Origin: Octopus bimaculoides
Lineage: Eukaryota
DNA length: 64,000 bases
Direction: 5' to 3'
Assembly: GCF_001194135.2 (NCBI RefSeq)
Contig: NC_068985.1
Location: forward strand, 38,397,482 to 38,461,481
Shown: positions 12,827 to 26,973 of the stretch, one piece after another
Numbering within the stretch: position 1 is the stretch's first letter
Layout: each line of letters starts with the position of its first letter
The notes under the pieces: generated by a model
Seen by the model: only the letters and a program-made list of their open reading frames with translations
Told to the model about the DNA's origin: nothing
Database searches by the model: none
Position numbers and translations under genes: made by a program

Positions 12827-14652
12827 TCGTATAAATATGTGAGTGTGTGTACGTGTTTCTTTTCGAGTCCGTGCGTGTGTGTGTTTATATGTGTACGTGT
12901 GTATGTGTGCGTGTGTGTGTGCGCGCGTGTCTTTGTGTGCGCATAAATACATACATGTACGTGTGTATACACACTACTTCTATGCACGTCTGTATATGTG
13001 TCTCTCCTGGTTAAACATTCCGGGACCTGTAGCTCTTGTACATATACTGTGTACATGGAAATGTCGTGTTGAAGAGACGTAACATATCAACTGATGTCAA
13101 CATATAAGTGACAACATTGACTTGTCTTATGTCTACATTTTCTTCACACTGTCTCGTCATATACTTCCTTCAGTCAACGTTTCTTTTAATGCTTTTAAAA
13201 ATCAAATCAAAATTCTATGTCTTGCATGACGCAAACATTTCTTAGTTTGAAACAACTTTGGGGACTAGATCAGTAAATATATCTATCAGGTGTGGTGCTA
13301 CAATCTCAATTGAAAAGTTCATAACCTTTTCTTGGGCTTAAAAGGATTTTACAGAAATCCTTTTTATACAAAGCCATTGTGACATACAGCCGTGTCATTA
13401 AATATCAACAAAGAGAAGAAATGAAAATGAGATTGAGAAATTTTAGAGAGAAAAGGAATCGGGTTACGTGTCCGGTGTGTAAATTTGTTTACACAGTATA
13501 CGTATGTGTGAGTGGTTCTGTGAAGATTCTAGAATGTTTGTGAGTAACACTTTATTATCACAGAATATTCATTTGAAAGTTGTTTTTCTTTTTATATCAG
13601 TATGAATGTTCCTTCTTTAGTCTTTCTTTCTATGTTCGTATGTATGTATGTACGTACGTATCTGTGTATATATGTGTGTATGTATGTATTTATGTAGGCA
13701 ATCATGTCTGTCTGTCTATCTTTCAATCTNNNNNNNNNNNNNNNNNNNNNNNNNNNNNNNNNNNNNNNNNNNNNNNNNNNNNNNNNNNNNNNNNNNNNNN
13801 NNNNNNNNNNNNNNNNNNNNNNNNNNNNNNNNNNNNNNNNNNNNNNNNNNNNNNNNNNNNNNNNNNNNNNNNNNNNNNNNNNNNNNNNNNNNNNNNNNNN
13901 NNNNNNNNNNNNNNNNNNNNNNNNNNNNNNNNNNNNNNNNNNNNNNNNNNNNNNNNNNNNNNNNNNNNNNNNNNNNNNNNNNNNNNNNNNNNNNNNNNNN
14001 NNNNNNNNNNNNNNNNNNNNNNNNNNNNNNNNNNNNNNNNNNNNNNNNNNNNNNNNNNNNNNNNNNNNNNNNNNNNNNNNNNNNNNNNNNNNNNNNNNNN
14101 NNNNNNNNNNNNNNNNNNNNNNNNNNNNNNNNNNNNNNNNNNNNNNNNNNNNNNNNNNNNNNNNNNNNNNNNNNNNNNNNNNNNNNNNNNNNNNNNNNNN
14201 NNNNNNNNNNNNNNNNNNNNNNNNNNNNNNNNNNNNNNNNNNNNNNNNNNNNNNNNNNNNNNNNNNNNNNNNNNNNNNNNNNNNNNNNNNNNNNNNNNNN
14301 NNNNNNNNNNNNNNNNNNNNNNNNNNNNNNNNNNNNNNNNNNNNNNNNNNNNNNNNNNNNNNNNNNNNNNNNNNNNNNNNNNNNNNNNNNNNNNNNNNNN
14401 NNNNNNNNNNNNNNNNNNNNNNNNNNNNNNNNNNNNNNNNNNNNNNNNNNNNNNNNNNNNNNNNNNNNNNNNNNNNNNNNNNNNNNNNNNNNNNNNNNNN
14501 NNNNNNNNNNNNNNNNNNNNNNNNNNNNNNNNNNNNNNNNNNNNNNNNNNNNNNNNNNNNNNNNNNNNNNNNNNNNNNNNNNNNNNNNNNNNNNNNNNNN
14601 NNNNNNNNNNNNNNNNNNNNNNNNNNNNNNNNNNNNNNNNNNNNNNNNNNTA

Positions 14653-14690
<38 letters not shown>

Positions 14691-14998
14691 AAGTTGTAGT
14701 ATATTGTCAACTTAATGTGACAATCCCAATAAGGGAACACACTACTGCCATTTAGCCCTAGGAAGCTGGACCGCTTCCTGTCGGCCTTGACACAATTACT
14801 GTGTCCTTATATATATAAACGAAGAACAAACACACGAGGGCGTGGTACATGTAAAGTATTAGCAGACGCTCAGGGAAGGAAAGGAAAATATTTTTTCGTT
14901 TCGTGCAAAGCTCTACTTCAGAAACAGGAGACAGAGGTAAATCTAATAGAAAAGGACGACGGAGGAAAAAGAAATCGCCAACGATTCATATGTGGTTA

Positions 14999-15163
14999 CA
15001 CGACGAACTTCTTTCAGTTTCCGTCTAATAAATCTTCTCAAAAGAATCTAGTTGGCCCAAGGTAATAGCAGAAGACACTTGCTCAAGGAGTCACACAATG
15101 GGACTGAATCCGGAACCATGTGGTTGGAAAGCAGGCTTCTCACGACACGACACAACCATGCCT
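14999..15163 (-). mobile_element. SINE family B, 5' half
   Basis: Matches the head of 19104-19260 (gggactgaa.ccggaaccatgtggttgg.aagc). Confidence 0.85.
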
Positions 15164-15629
15164 AAATATATACATGAATATATACACACATATATACATA
15201 CATATACATGTATATGCAAACGCTTAGATATAAGAACACATCAATATGCGCTTTCACACCTACAGAGCGCAACCGTTTAGATTATTGTTGCTGCCTTCTG
15301 AGAATTTGTGATTCCTCTATTGGATACGCTTGTAGACTCTGCATGTATGTTTGTCTTTCAGATATTTAATCTCATCTCTGTGTATACTCCGTGGGTGGGT
15401 GTACTATACCTTGTACAGTGTTGTGCGTGGACATACTTCCCTGTGTGTGCTCAATAGACATATTTGTTTGCACACCAGGTAAATTAGATATGATCAAGGT
15501 ATGTAAACTGAGTAAACCCGCGTGTGTGTTCTATTGAATTCACTGTAGTTTGTATACTCAGAGATTAGACGACATATTTACCAGCTTTCATGTGAAAGGT
15601 AAAATAGAAACTGTTGTGTATGTATGTGT

Positions 15630-15850
<221 letters not shown>

Positions 15851-16706
15851 CCAATACACCCATTTACCCATATATACATATACATATACACACACCACAA
15901 ACACACACACACACCACATATGCACACCTAAATATGCATACATATACAAAGATACCTCCATAATCATCACACACAACTACACACAGAAACGCACAGTCAC
16001 ATGGACATAGATACCCCGGGCACACTTTAACTCAAAGATGAATACATATATAGTGTAGCATTACACATGTGTAGTAAACATATTAAGACGATCGTATTGC
16101 TAAACGACATCCTCAATGTATATATATATATGTGTGTGTGTGTTTGTGTGCGTGTTTGTGTGTGTGTGTTTGTATGTGTATATGCGTGTACATGTAGGTG
16201 GTCCTGCTACTAATATTTTGCCAATACACATACACGCAGTCTCACACAACCATGTGCACACATGCCCACATGCAAACCAGCACTGCTACTCCTAACTAGC
16301 TCTATTATTACTAACACGATGCACATCATAAGACATCCTCCTCTCACACATACATGCATATACACTCACACAAACAAGTACGTAGACACACAGTCATGTA
16401 TTTAAAGAAACCTACATTGAGAATTTCGTATATAGTGCACAAAACAACATAATTCCATACATGAATTGCAAACACGTACTTCCAAAAGCATAACAATTCA
16501 TGCAATCAAACTGTTGTGTCAATGCCCCCAGGCGAAGAAGTAGGATTTCCCAAGACATATTAATAGAGATAGTCTGGCTGTGTTAGGAGTGTTGAGTAGC
16601 AGTCGAGTAGCAGTTGTGTAGCGGTTGAGTAGAGATCATATGAAGGTTCTAGACAGCAGTAGCTTGAGATATAACACAAACATTCAGAAATCCTTGCCAT
16701 CACATA

Positions 16707-16924
16707 GAAGAGAGTGCTGAAAATTTCCTGGTTTGTGGTTAAAAGAAAATACAGGAGAATCAGTTAATTATTATCTTATCGAATATATTCCCTTCTCAGA
16801 TTCACACACTTATTGCTGCAGTCCTTCAGTTTTCCTAAGCCTTGTAAAATAACTCGGAAGTTTGGGCCTCCAGCCAGACCTTTTGCGATATGCTTAAAGT
16901 CAGGGACTTTACATCACTCCCTAG
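16707..16924. mobile_element. Mariner-type MITE, older copy
   Basis: gagagtgctgaaaatttcctgg...cagggactttacatcactccctag+TA; internal sequence homologous to 52052-52247. Confidence 0.75.
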
Positions 16925-17840
16925 TAGTACACGAAAATAACACAATTCCATGTCTACATGAAGTGCATGCACGCACATCTAAACGCATAGGAATTCACAC
17001 GAAAACATTCAGGTATCAACGCAAACACATATGCACACATGAAGCTAGACACATGATATATACATATACGCATTGGGATCAGACAATGTTAATCTACGGT
17101 TCGTATGCTTTTATTCCCAAGAAGTCTGCGTTAGAAGTCAACTGTACTCATTTATGCATTGGCACAGCAAATCTACACATATGCAAAACATACACATCCA
17201 TACTCAGATACATATATACATACATTGATACATTCATTCATGCATGCATACATACACACAAACATATANNNNNNNNNNNNNNNNNNNNNNNNNNNNNNNN
17301 NNNNNNNNNNNNNNNNNNNNNNNNNNNNNNNNNNNNNNNNNNNNNNNNNNNNNNNNNNNNNNNNNNNNNNNNNNNNNNNNNNNNNNNNNNNNNNNNNNNN
17401 NNNNNNNNNNNNNNNNNNNNNNNNNNNNNNNNNNNNNNNNNNNNNNNNNNNNNNNNNNNNNNNNNNNNNNNNNNNNNNNNNNNNNNNNNNNNNNNNNNNN
17501 NNNNNNNNNNNNNNNNNNNNNNNNNNNNNNNNNNNNNNNNNNNNNNNNNNNNNNNNNNNNNNNNNNNNNNNNNNNNNNNNNNNNNNNNNNNNNNNNNNNN
17601 NNNNNNNNNNNNNNNNNNNNNNNNNNNNNNNNNNNNNNNNNNNNNNNNNNNNNNNNNNNNNNNNNNNNNNNNNNNNNNNNTATATATATAGACGTACAAA
17701 TTTCCACACACACGCATAAATGTATACATATAATACATATATATATATATGTCTATATATATGCATATATATAGACATATGCATATATGTATATAATTAT
17801 ATCTATATACATATATATACATGTATGCGTGTGTGTGGAA

Positions 17841-17882
<42 letters not shown>

Positions 17883-18162
17883 TCTTGTATTTATATATGC
17901 ATATGTATATAGTATATAAGTATTTGTGTGTGTATATGTGTGTAAGTGTGTGTGTGTGTGTTTCTGTGTATCCGTATTTGTGTTTGTCTGTATGTATATG
18001 CAGATAGACGGACAGATTTGGAACCTTGCTTAATTTATTAACAGACATGATCTCACGATATGAAAACAGGTCTACTTACAATATAAACAGATGCATATGA
18101 CTCACTCTCGGAGGGATGAAGGGGAGCAGAAGCAACAGCAACAATAACAAAATCAACAGCAT

Positions 18163-18164
<2 letters not shown>

Positions 18165-18213
<49 letters not shown>
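18165..18213. repeat. (CTA)n microsatellite
   Basis: Read directly. Confidence 0.97.
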
Positions 18214-18882
18214 ACACCGTTACCGTTTTCTAATACAGGAAAAAAAGTCGACAAGAAGATCAACAATAAAAGACGGGTTCTTAGAAGACCTATGAGGTGT
18301 ATGTAATATCAGATTCAAATGTTAATATATACATGCAAATATACACAAGCAAATATATACACGCAAATATAGGTAGATCGTGTTAATTAAAAAAAAAAAA
18401 GGTAACAGAGCTCGTGGACCAGTTTCTACAACAGTAACTCTTTTATATCTCAATATTTATACACGAAGACTGGTAGCTGTTACAATGTACCAGAGATACC
18501 CACCCTCTGTTGGTAATGAGTTCTGTTTGCCTAAAAATAATATAATGAAACACAAAATGGTACATCCGCTCCTATCACTTCCGGTGTCCAATATCCACAG
18601 TGCCGTTTTGTATAATGGACGTGTCATTCCTCGCTCAACGCTTTTTCCAACTGGAAAATCTTTGTTTGCTAGCAACTGCCAAATTTTAAACCATTGAATT
18701 GATATCTTAATATTATTCCTCGTTAAGATTTGTGACGGTTCAGAGAATGTGTAGTGTGGCGGGGTTTCAGTTAAGAGCTAAGAGTTTTGTTTTTCTATCT
18801 CGACATAATTCTTTGCTCAGAGTTTACAGTAGGTATATCATCGAGGTGAAAAGACAGATAATAATAAATAAATAATAATAAT

Positions 18883-19630
18883 AATAAGGTAAACTTATCT
18901 TCTCGAATCATGCTGACTCATAAGGGCCGGTTTCCCGGTTTCATTGCGTGTCTATTCACATTCACCACCTGGACGGGACGCTGGTCCGTCGCAGGGTTAC
19001 TCATTTTTGCCAGCTGAGAGGCCTGTAGTGGATTGGAGCAACATGAAATGAAGTGTTTTACTCAAGAACACAATGCGTCAATCGATCTCAGGAATGAAAC
19101 CTATAGGCGCAGGAGTGGGTGTGTGGTAAGTAGCTTGCTTACCAACCACATGGTCTCGGGTTCAGTCCCACTGCGTGGCACATTCGGCAAGTGTCTTCTA
19201 CTATAGCCGATTAAAGCCTTCTGAATGGATTTGGTAAACGGAAACTGGAAGAAACCCGTTGTATATGTATGTATATATATATATATNNNNNNNNNNNNNN
19301 NNNNNNNNNNNNNNNNNNNNNNNNNNNNNNNNNNNNNNNNNNNNNNNNNNNNNNNNNNNNNNNNNNNNNNNNNNNTATATATTTATCTGTGTGTATATGG
19401 TTGTGTGTCTGTCCCCCCCAACATCGCTTGACAACCGATGCCGGTGTGTTTATGTTCCCGTAACTTAGTGGTTCGACAAAACATACCGATAAAATAAGTA
19501 CTAGGCTTACAAAGAATAAGCTCTGGGTGTTCAAGCATGGCCGCAGTCAAATGACTGAAACTAATAAAAGAGAGTACACTCTTACGATCATGAGAACAAC
19601 ATCGTAACCACTAAGCCATGCGCTTCCACA
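18883..19630 (-). mobile_element. SINE family C split by a family B insertion (pieces about 18883-19101 and 19575-19630)
   Basis: Both pieces match 38687-38948 and rejoin as ggaat(c)gaaacc|aca(a/c)tcttacgatcatgag. Confidence 0.8.
19104..19572 (+). mobile_element. tRNA-derived SINE family B with internal (TA)n and gap
   Basis: ggcgcaggagtgg.tgtgtggtaag A-box, gggttcagtccc B-box-like, tail cagtcaaatgactgaaac.aataaaag. Confidence 0.9.
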
Positions 19631-19843
19631 AAAGTTAGATAGATCAAGAAAAAAGACGGATAAAACTAGAATTCCTGTGAATTACTGTAAATGCGAAAGA
19701 GTTAAAAAAAACACTGAGTTAAAGAAAGAATGAGAAACGAAACAAAAAGAAAAGAAAAACACGAGACTCTCAATGTGGGTCAAAAAGTGATTGTGAAATA
19801 TACAGTGACTGGTAAATTGACGACAAAATAAAATAAAGAAGGT

Positions 19844-20227
19844 TGTTGTTGTTGGCACTCCGTCGCTTACGACGTCAAGGATTCCAGTTCATCCGATCAA
19901 CCGAACAGCCTCCTCGTGAAATTAACGTGCAAGTGGCTGAGCACTCCACAGACACGTGTACCCTTAACGTAGTTCTCGGGGATATTCAGTGTGACACAGT
20001 GTGACAAGGCTGGCCCTTTGAATATATATACAGAAACAGGAAGTAAGAGTGAGAGAAAGTTGTGGTGAAAGAATACAGCAGGGTTAACCACCACCCCCTG
20101 CCGGAACCTTGTGGAGCTTTAGGTGTTTTCGCTCAATAAACACTCACAACGCCAGGTCTGGGAATGGAAACCGCGATCCTATGACCGCGAGTCCGCTGCC
20201 CCAACCACTGGGTCATTGCGCCTCCAC
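19844..20227 (-). mobile_element. tRNA-derived SINE family D, full length, (CAA)n tail
   Basis: Head gtggaggcgcaatgacccagtggtt..gcggtttccattccc; TSD ataaagaa at 19833-19840 and 20228-20235; second copy at 62995-63227. Confidence 0.9.
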
Positions 20228-20549
20228 ATAAAGAAAGTACCTTAGGTAGAAAAGTACAGGCATTTAAAGTACAAATAAGTGAGATAGACAGAGAGAAGTA
20301 GACAGAGAAATATTGAGTTTCTGAGAGAGAGAAAGAGAGAGAATGGGGGAGAGAGAGGGAGAGAAAGAGAACGAGAGTGTGTAAGTGAGAGAGTGGTGTG
20401 TGTGTGTGTGTGAAAGAGAGACAGATAGTGTTAGGGAGAGAAAGAGAATGTGAGAGTGTGTGTGAGAGTGGTGTGTGACAGAGAGAGAGAGTAAAAGAGT
20501 GTGAGGAAGAGAAAGAGATTGTGAGATCGTATAAGTGTGTGTGTGTTTT

Positions 20550-20589
<40 letters not shown>

Positions 20590-21211
20590 CGCACGCATGC
20601 GTGTAAGAGTGAGAGAGGAAGTGAATGAGCAAATCAGAGGTGTAGAAATATTGAACTAAATTGGAATATGTTCGAAATTTAATTGGTTGTGAAAATTGTC
20701 TCGTATACATACCTTAGCGAATGAATAAAGGACATTCTTTCGAATACTTTCTACCTTGGTTTCCCGTCGACTTAATTATTGATTGCCCTTCAGAGAAATT
20801 TAATTGGTGCAGAATAGAACATTCGCAATGAACTCATTCGTTCTGATGGCATTAAGTGGAATATGTTTATCTTATTGAATTCTAAACTCTTCTGGTAGAC
20901 TATTCAAATCTGATAACTTAACACTAAGCCACATGGAAAACTAGGAAACAAGCAAAAAGCCAAAAAAAAAAAAAAAGTTCAAGTCAAGCGGGGTATTGAG
21001 AATTTGTAGATGTATAGAAGAGATGTCCACCTAGAAATATCCAATTACTACCGTATAAGTTATCATCGACCATAAGTAAGTCCAGCACTTATTTGGCAGT
21101 GAAAGTCATCAAGTAGTAGATCACTCCAAAAACGCCCGCATAGTTGAAACAACGCAAAATATGTGAAATGAGCACTACGTAAATGACAGCGCCGGTGAGT
21201 ATAAATTCAGA

Positions 21212-21257
<46 letters not shown>

Positions 21258-21644
21258 ATTTAATGCAGTTAGTAATAACCTGTGTATTTGTACATGTAAC
21301 ACACATACACACACACGCGCTGATATATATATATATATATATATANNNNNNNNNNNNNNNNNNNNNNNNNNNNNNNNNNNNNNNNNNNNNNNNNNNNNNN
21401 NNNNNNNNNNNNNNNNNNNNNNNNNNNNNNNNNNNNNNNNNNNNNNNNNNNNNNNNNNNNNNNNNNNNNNNNNNNNNNNNNNNNNNNNNNNNNNNNNNNN
21501 NNNNNNNNNNNNNNNNNNNNNNNNNNNNNNNNNNNNNNNNNNNNNNNNNNNNNNNNNNNNNNNNNNNNNNNNNNNNNNNNNNNNNNNNNNNNNNNNNNNN
21601 NNNNNNNNNNNNNNNNNNNNNNNNNNNNNNNNNNNNNNNNTATA

Positions 21645-21902
<258 letters not shown>

Positions 21903-22002
21903 GTAAAATAAATGCCCGAATGCAGTACCAGGCAGTGACTCTCTCACTCAATAATAATACCTACTTACTGTTCCCAACGTGCCAATTATTATAGGTCGTG
22001 CT

Positions 22003-22247
22003 TATAATAATTGGTTCGTTGGGAACAGTAGGCCCCAAAATATAGACAATTGACTGAATGAGATAGAAATAGAATGCCCTGTAGAGCTCATACAGAGAGT
22101 TTGTCTCTTAGGGTCAGTAAGGATTATCAGGACGGTTCTGAACACTTGAAAGACTACTGAAAACTTGTGGGTACCTAAGGTTACAGGAAGTAACACACTA
22201 CCCATATAAATCCAACCAGGAATAAGACCGAACCTAAGCATTGTTTC
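22003..22247 (+). mobile_element. 5'-truncated R4/Dong-clade LINE 3' end, family 1
   Basis: IIIGSLGTV...EIECPVELIQRVCLLGSVRIIRTVLNT* (stop 22147-22149) matches the R4-clade endonuclease C-terminus; 3' UTR ends in (AAT)n. Confidence 0.8.
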
Positions 22248-22317
<70 letters not shown>

Positions 22318-22342
22318 TTAATAATAATAATAATAATAATAA

Positions 22343-22556
22343 TATTCAGACAAATACATAACAAAAACACCAGGACTTACAAATATATATAACATACAGA
22401 AAATTGCACTACTGGGTACTGCACACATTCTACGCAAAACACTTTCAATACAGTAAACATAAGAGCACCACAGCAAACCACAGCACATACCCAAGGCGCA
22501 CAGAGCTGCGCTCGGTAGTGAAGTGAAAGCACGTTATAAAAATAAAACTACTGAAT
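22343..22556 (+). mobile_element. 5'-truncated R4/Dong-clade LINE 3' end, family 2
   Basis: YSDKYITKTPGLTNIYNIQKIALLGTAHILRKTLSIQ* (22343-22456); (AAT)n on both sides. Confidence 0.85.
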
Positions 22557-23536
22557 AATAATAATAATAATAATAATAATTATTATTATTATTATTATTA
22601 TTATTATCATCATAGCAGTTTTCTTTTGCGAAATTCGGATTGCTTCTTATCGGAGGTGTCATCTTTACAGAAAAAGGGTCTCTTACAGAGTTTCTGAAAG
22701 ACTTTTGAATATCTTTGGAGGGATCTTCTTTTGCTTTTCGCAAATGTTTGCTGGTGTTATTTACACACCTTCCTCATAATGAATGGAATCGCTCACTCAT
22801 CAGGCAGAGTTTTTTTTTTTTTCCCTAGTGACATTTTCGCCCACTCGCTTTCTATTTCGTAAGAAATACCACTGTCAGTTTTGAATGAGTTAAGGAGTAT
22901 ATCTGCCTTCAATTTGGCTCCTGGTAATGAGATCGTGGGAAATTTAACCAACTTTTCCAAAGCTACACCTGGTGCCACTTTAGTAATACCAAGCTCTACA
23001 TTTTACTGCTTTCTCCGTTCAAGCCTTAAATGACTTTTACTTTCGCTTTTGTGGAAATTGAACTTTCTGCTCTGATCCACCAGACTTAAAGCTTTCTTCT
23101 CGGTACTTGTTACCTGGAACACGTTTCGGAATATTTTGCAGTCTTGCAGCATCGAAAGGAATTTCATGCTTATTTTTAACATCCCTCCTATTTATATCAA
23201 CAGATATGCCTACACTGATCGTCCGGCCATACTGTACCACAAAACTGACCATAGGCCATAGTCGATGCCGTTATTATTTACGCTAGTATTCATGCTGCTT
23301 CATAAATAAAAACAAATTCACGGATACGTGCGTATCATCAACTGGGTCTCGTACTATTTGCACTTTCGATTTTGTCTCGTCCTCAGTTCTGTAAATTAGA
23401 ATGATTTTCCTTATTCTTTACCTCTCCGAACGGAAAAGATTTCATCACATATGCTCATTACAGGGTACAAATATAATCCACGTAGATTTGGCAAGGCACA
23501 GATAAATCTTTTTCTCTCGTGCTTAGCTGATAGAAA

Positions 23537-23818
23537 CTGACAAAGAACCGCCAAATTTTGTAACATGCGCTTTGATTCATGTGCCCTCTTGTGAAATAAT
23601 TTAGTTCTTTAATTTAAAAGTGCACTTGGATACGATAGGAACTGAACTGCATTCGAAAATCTTTCATCTTAATAGATACTGACAAAGGACCGCCAGATTT
23701 CATAATATGTACTTTCTTTCATTTGAACTCTCGTAAAATAATTCAACTCTATAAATAAAAAGTGTACTTGCAAACGATAGGAGCTGACCTGCATTCGAAA
23801 ACTTTTCATTTTAAATCG
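23537..23818. repeat. Diverged tandem duplication, about 142-bp unit x2
   Basis: ctgacaaag.accgcca...aaaagtg.acttg...acgatagga.ctga.ctgcattcgaaaa starts at 23537 and at 23679. Confidence 0.85.
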
Positions 23819-24910
23819 AGGCACAGGTAAACTAAAACTACATTATGCCGTGTGCCTTTGCATTCCTTCGAACGATAATATAGGATTTAAGAGAAATTTA
23901 GCTGCTTTTGCGAATGACCTGTTAGAGTAACTCTCGCTAGCTCGTTTGTGATTACGATGGTAGTTTGCAGTATTAGTAGTGGTGGTGGTGGTGGTGGTGA
24001 TGTTAGTGCTGGTGGTGGTGGTGGAATATTCCCGTGAAAGGACATATGTAACAGTCATTTTAGTTGAAATGCCGAGTTATTAACCATATCTTCATTAATC
24101 ATGATTTCTATCAGTCTCTCACTCACGCCTCTTCTGTTCTCTTACCCACTTCTCTTTCTCCATCGCGTAGTTCTGAGTCCAGTGAGGACATTAAAACTTG
24201 CTCTCTCAGCAGGCGTCAACGTTCCCTCCCATTTTCTCTCGTTCTCTCCCCCTCTCTGTCGCCTTCACTCACTCTCACTCTGTCACTCTTTCCCTCGCTC
24301 TGTTTGTCAATAGTAGCTTTTGTTTTACTTTCTTTTACACAGAATCAGCATCGAATATCTAATACTGTTTTCACAGGCCATTAACGAAAATGGTTCATTT
24401 GGCAATGTCAAGTGTACACGTGCACTAGCATACATAGTTCTACATATACCTACATACATACATATATACATACAGATATAAACACATACTCATTCACGTA
24501 CACAAACGTGGGTATTTATTCATATGGCTGTGTGCGTGAATGCATGTGTATTTGTGTGTAAGCGTGTGTACGTTTGTGGACATGATCATGCATAATTGAG
24601 AACATACGGAATATATATATATATATATATAAATTGAACAAAACGATGTAAACAAGTAATGGTGCTATATATTCATATATGCGTGTCTGTGCACGCTCAC
24701 ATATACATGCAATTGTTCCTAATAGCGAATGTGTGTTTTCGTTAATGATGTGTTTCTGGACGCTTGAACAATTAAAATAGTTGATATGCATGTAATGTCC
24801 TTCTATCTTTTATTGCGACATAAATATATCCATCTGTGTGAATCGGCAAAACTAGACACCTGTTTAAATGTCTATAACTATGTGCCATTGAATTTTCATG
24901 GATAAAAATA

Positions 24911-25050
<140 letters not shown>

Positions 25051-25275
25051 CACATTCATAAATACTAACACAAAAACGGGTATATGCACACACGTACATA
25101 TATATATATATATATATATATGTTTATATAATTACATAGATATCTATATAGTTAATCTACATATCTATCTATCTCTCTTTCTCTCTATTTATATATATAT
25201 ATATACATATACATGTATAAATATTTGTATATATGTATATATATATGTATAAACATATATACATATACATATACA

Positions 25276-25327
<52 letters not shown>

Positions 25328-25930
25328 CATGCACGCACACACATACATATGGACATGNNNNNNNNNNATACATATGGACATGTCGGGACAGTGTACATCT
25401 GATCAGTTATGTATGAATACGTTCACGCATACTTAATGGAAAAAAAGACAAGATGTTTGATGCGCAGGTATTCCTTAATGCATGCTTATGTTTATGTACG
25501 CGTGCACACTTGCATATGGATACATACTCAAATCACAGACGTCGCGCTTGCAATCACACACACAGACACGCAAAAGAGAAAAGAAACCTACTCTATTCAG
25601 ACGCTGTGTTTCCATATCAATCTGGCATATACCAATCTAAAGATTGGTATATGTCATGAAGACATTAAACTTACGTTTATGGGGCAAAAGCTGTCCCCAA
25701 GGACTACAAAAATGAAACGCAATTTACTCCCGTACATGCTTTGAGCGAACTTGCATATGTGCTTTGTGATAAACCTTCCAAAATGATCTCCTTCTCTCTG
25801 CATTCCTCTCCCTATCATTTTCGCTCTGTTTAGATTTATTGGTCTTTCTGGAGTATGTATTCGTGTAATATACATAGGTACACACACAAACACACACACA
25901 TACAACACACACACGCACACACACACGCAC

Positions 25931-25974
<44 letters not shown>

Positions 25975-26051
25975 GACACACACATATATATACATATATA
26001 CATATACATATATACACACAAGCACAACACACGCATATTCATGTTATGATC

Positions 26052-26224
26052 CACAATGAGCAGAACTTACTTGCAGGTATTGGTAGTGCAAATCAGAGGT
26101 GCAATCTGTGTGGGTGTTTTTTCAAAACACTGTCTGGTTTAAAAAGCCACATCAGACGCCATGAAAGGGCTAAGGTGTAGGTGCAGGAGGTGGTCAAACT
26201 CTGTTTAAGGAGTAGACAACCACC
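26052..26224 (+). mobile_element. RTE-like LINE 3' end encoding a C-terminal C2H2 zinc finger
   Basis: HNEQNLLAGIGSANQRCNLCGCFFKTLSGLKSHIRRHERAKV* (26052-26180) with C-x2-C-x3-F-x5-L-x2-H-x3-H; short 3' UTR ending caaccacc followed by (AT)n. Confidence 0.65.
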
Positions 26225-26622
26225 ATATATATATATATATATAATATAAATAATACCTATATATATATGCATGTATACATACGTATATGTACATACTTAC
26301 ATCTATACGTATATATATGTGTGTGTGTGTCTGTGTGTGGGTGTGCATATGTGGGCATATGTGGGCACAGGACGTCACGAAACGTGTGCAACAAAAAAAA
26401 TATACGATGTACGAGAGCATGGAATATGAACTATTTTTCAAACAACGAAACAAATGGAAAAAAACAAGACAAACACCATAAAGAACGATCCTTCATCAGT
26501 TGTTGGCTGTTTTTCTAATCTCGTATTTCGAGCATTTAACAGCAATATACGCTTTCGATAAAACAGTTACTCCCGCAAAGCAAATTAAATAAAATTTGGG
26601 ATTTTGCGGAGGGTCAAAATTG
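26225..26622. mobile_element. Unclassified dispersed repeat, copy 2
   Basis: Reverse complement of 11405-11800. Confidence 0.8.
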
Positions 26623-26887
26623 GTAACATAAACAGGACAGTGAAAACAAACAGGAAGGGCTGCTAAGACTAAACGAGGTTGCGGTGGCGAACGCGTAAAT
26701 CAATCTTGAAAAGGAGACGGACAAGAACACGTCTACCTTGTTCCAGCTAAAACGGGGAGAAAGAAAGAAACACAAGTTAGAAGAAGAAAGAAATATGGCC
26801 GATGGTCGATTGAATGCCAGGCATCTTCTTCCAAGTAAGTTTCATCTCTCTCCCTCTCTCCCTCTCTCTCTCTCCCTCTCTCCCCCA

Positions 26888-26937
<50 letters not shown>

Positions 26938-26973
26938 AACACACACAAGCACATTACACGCCGCATATATATA

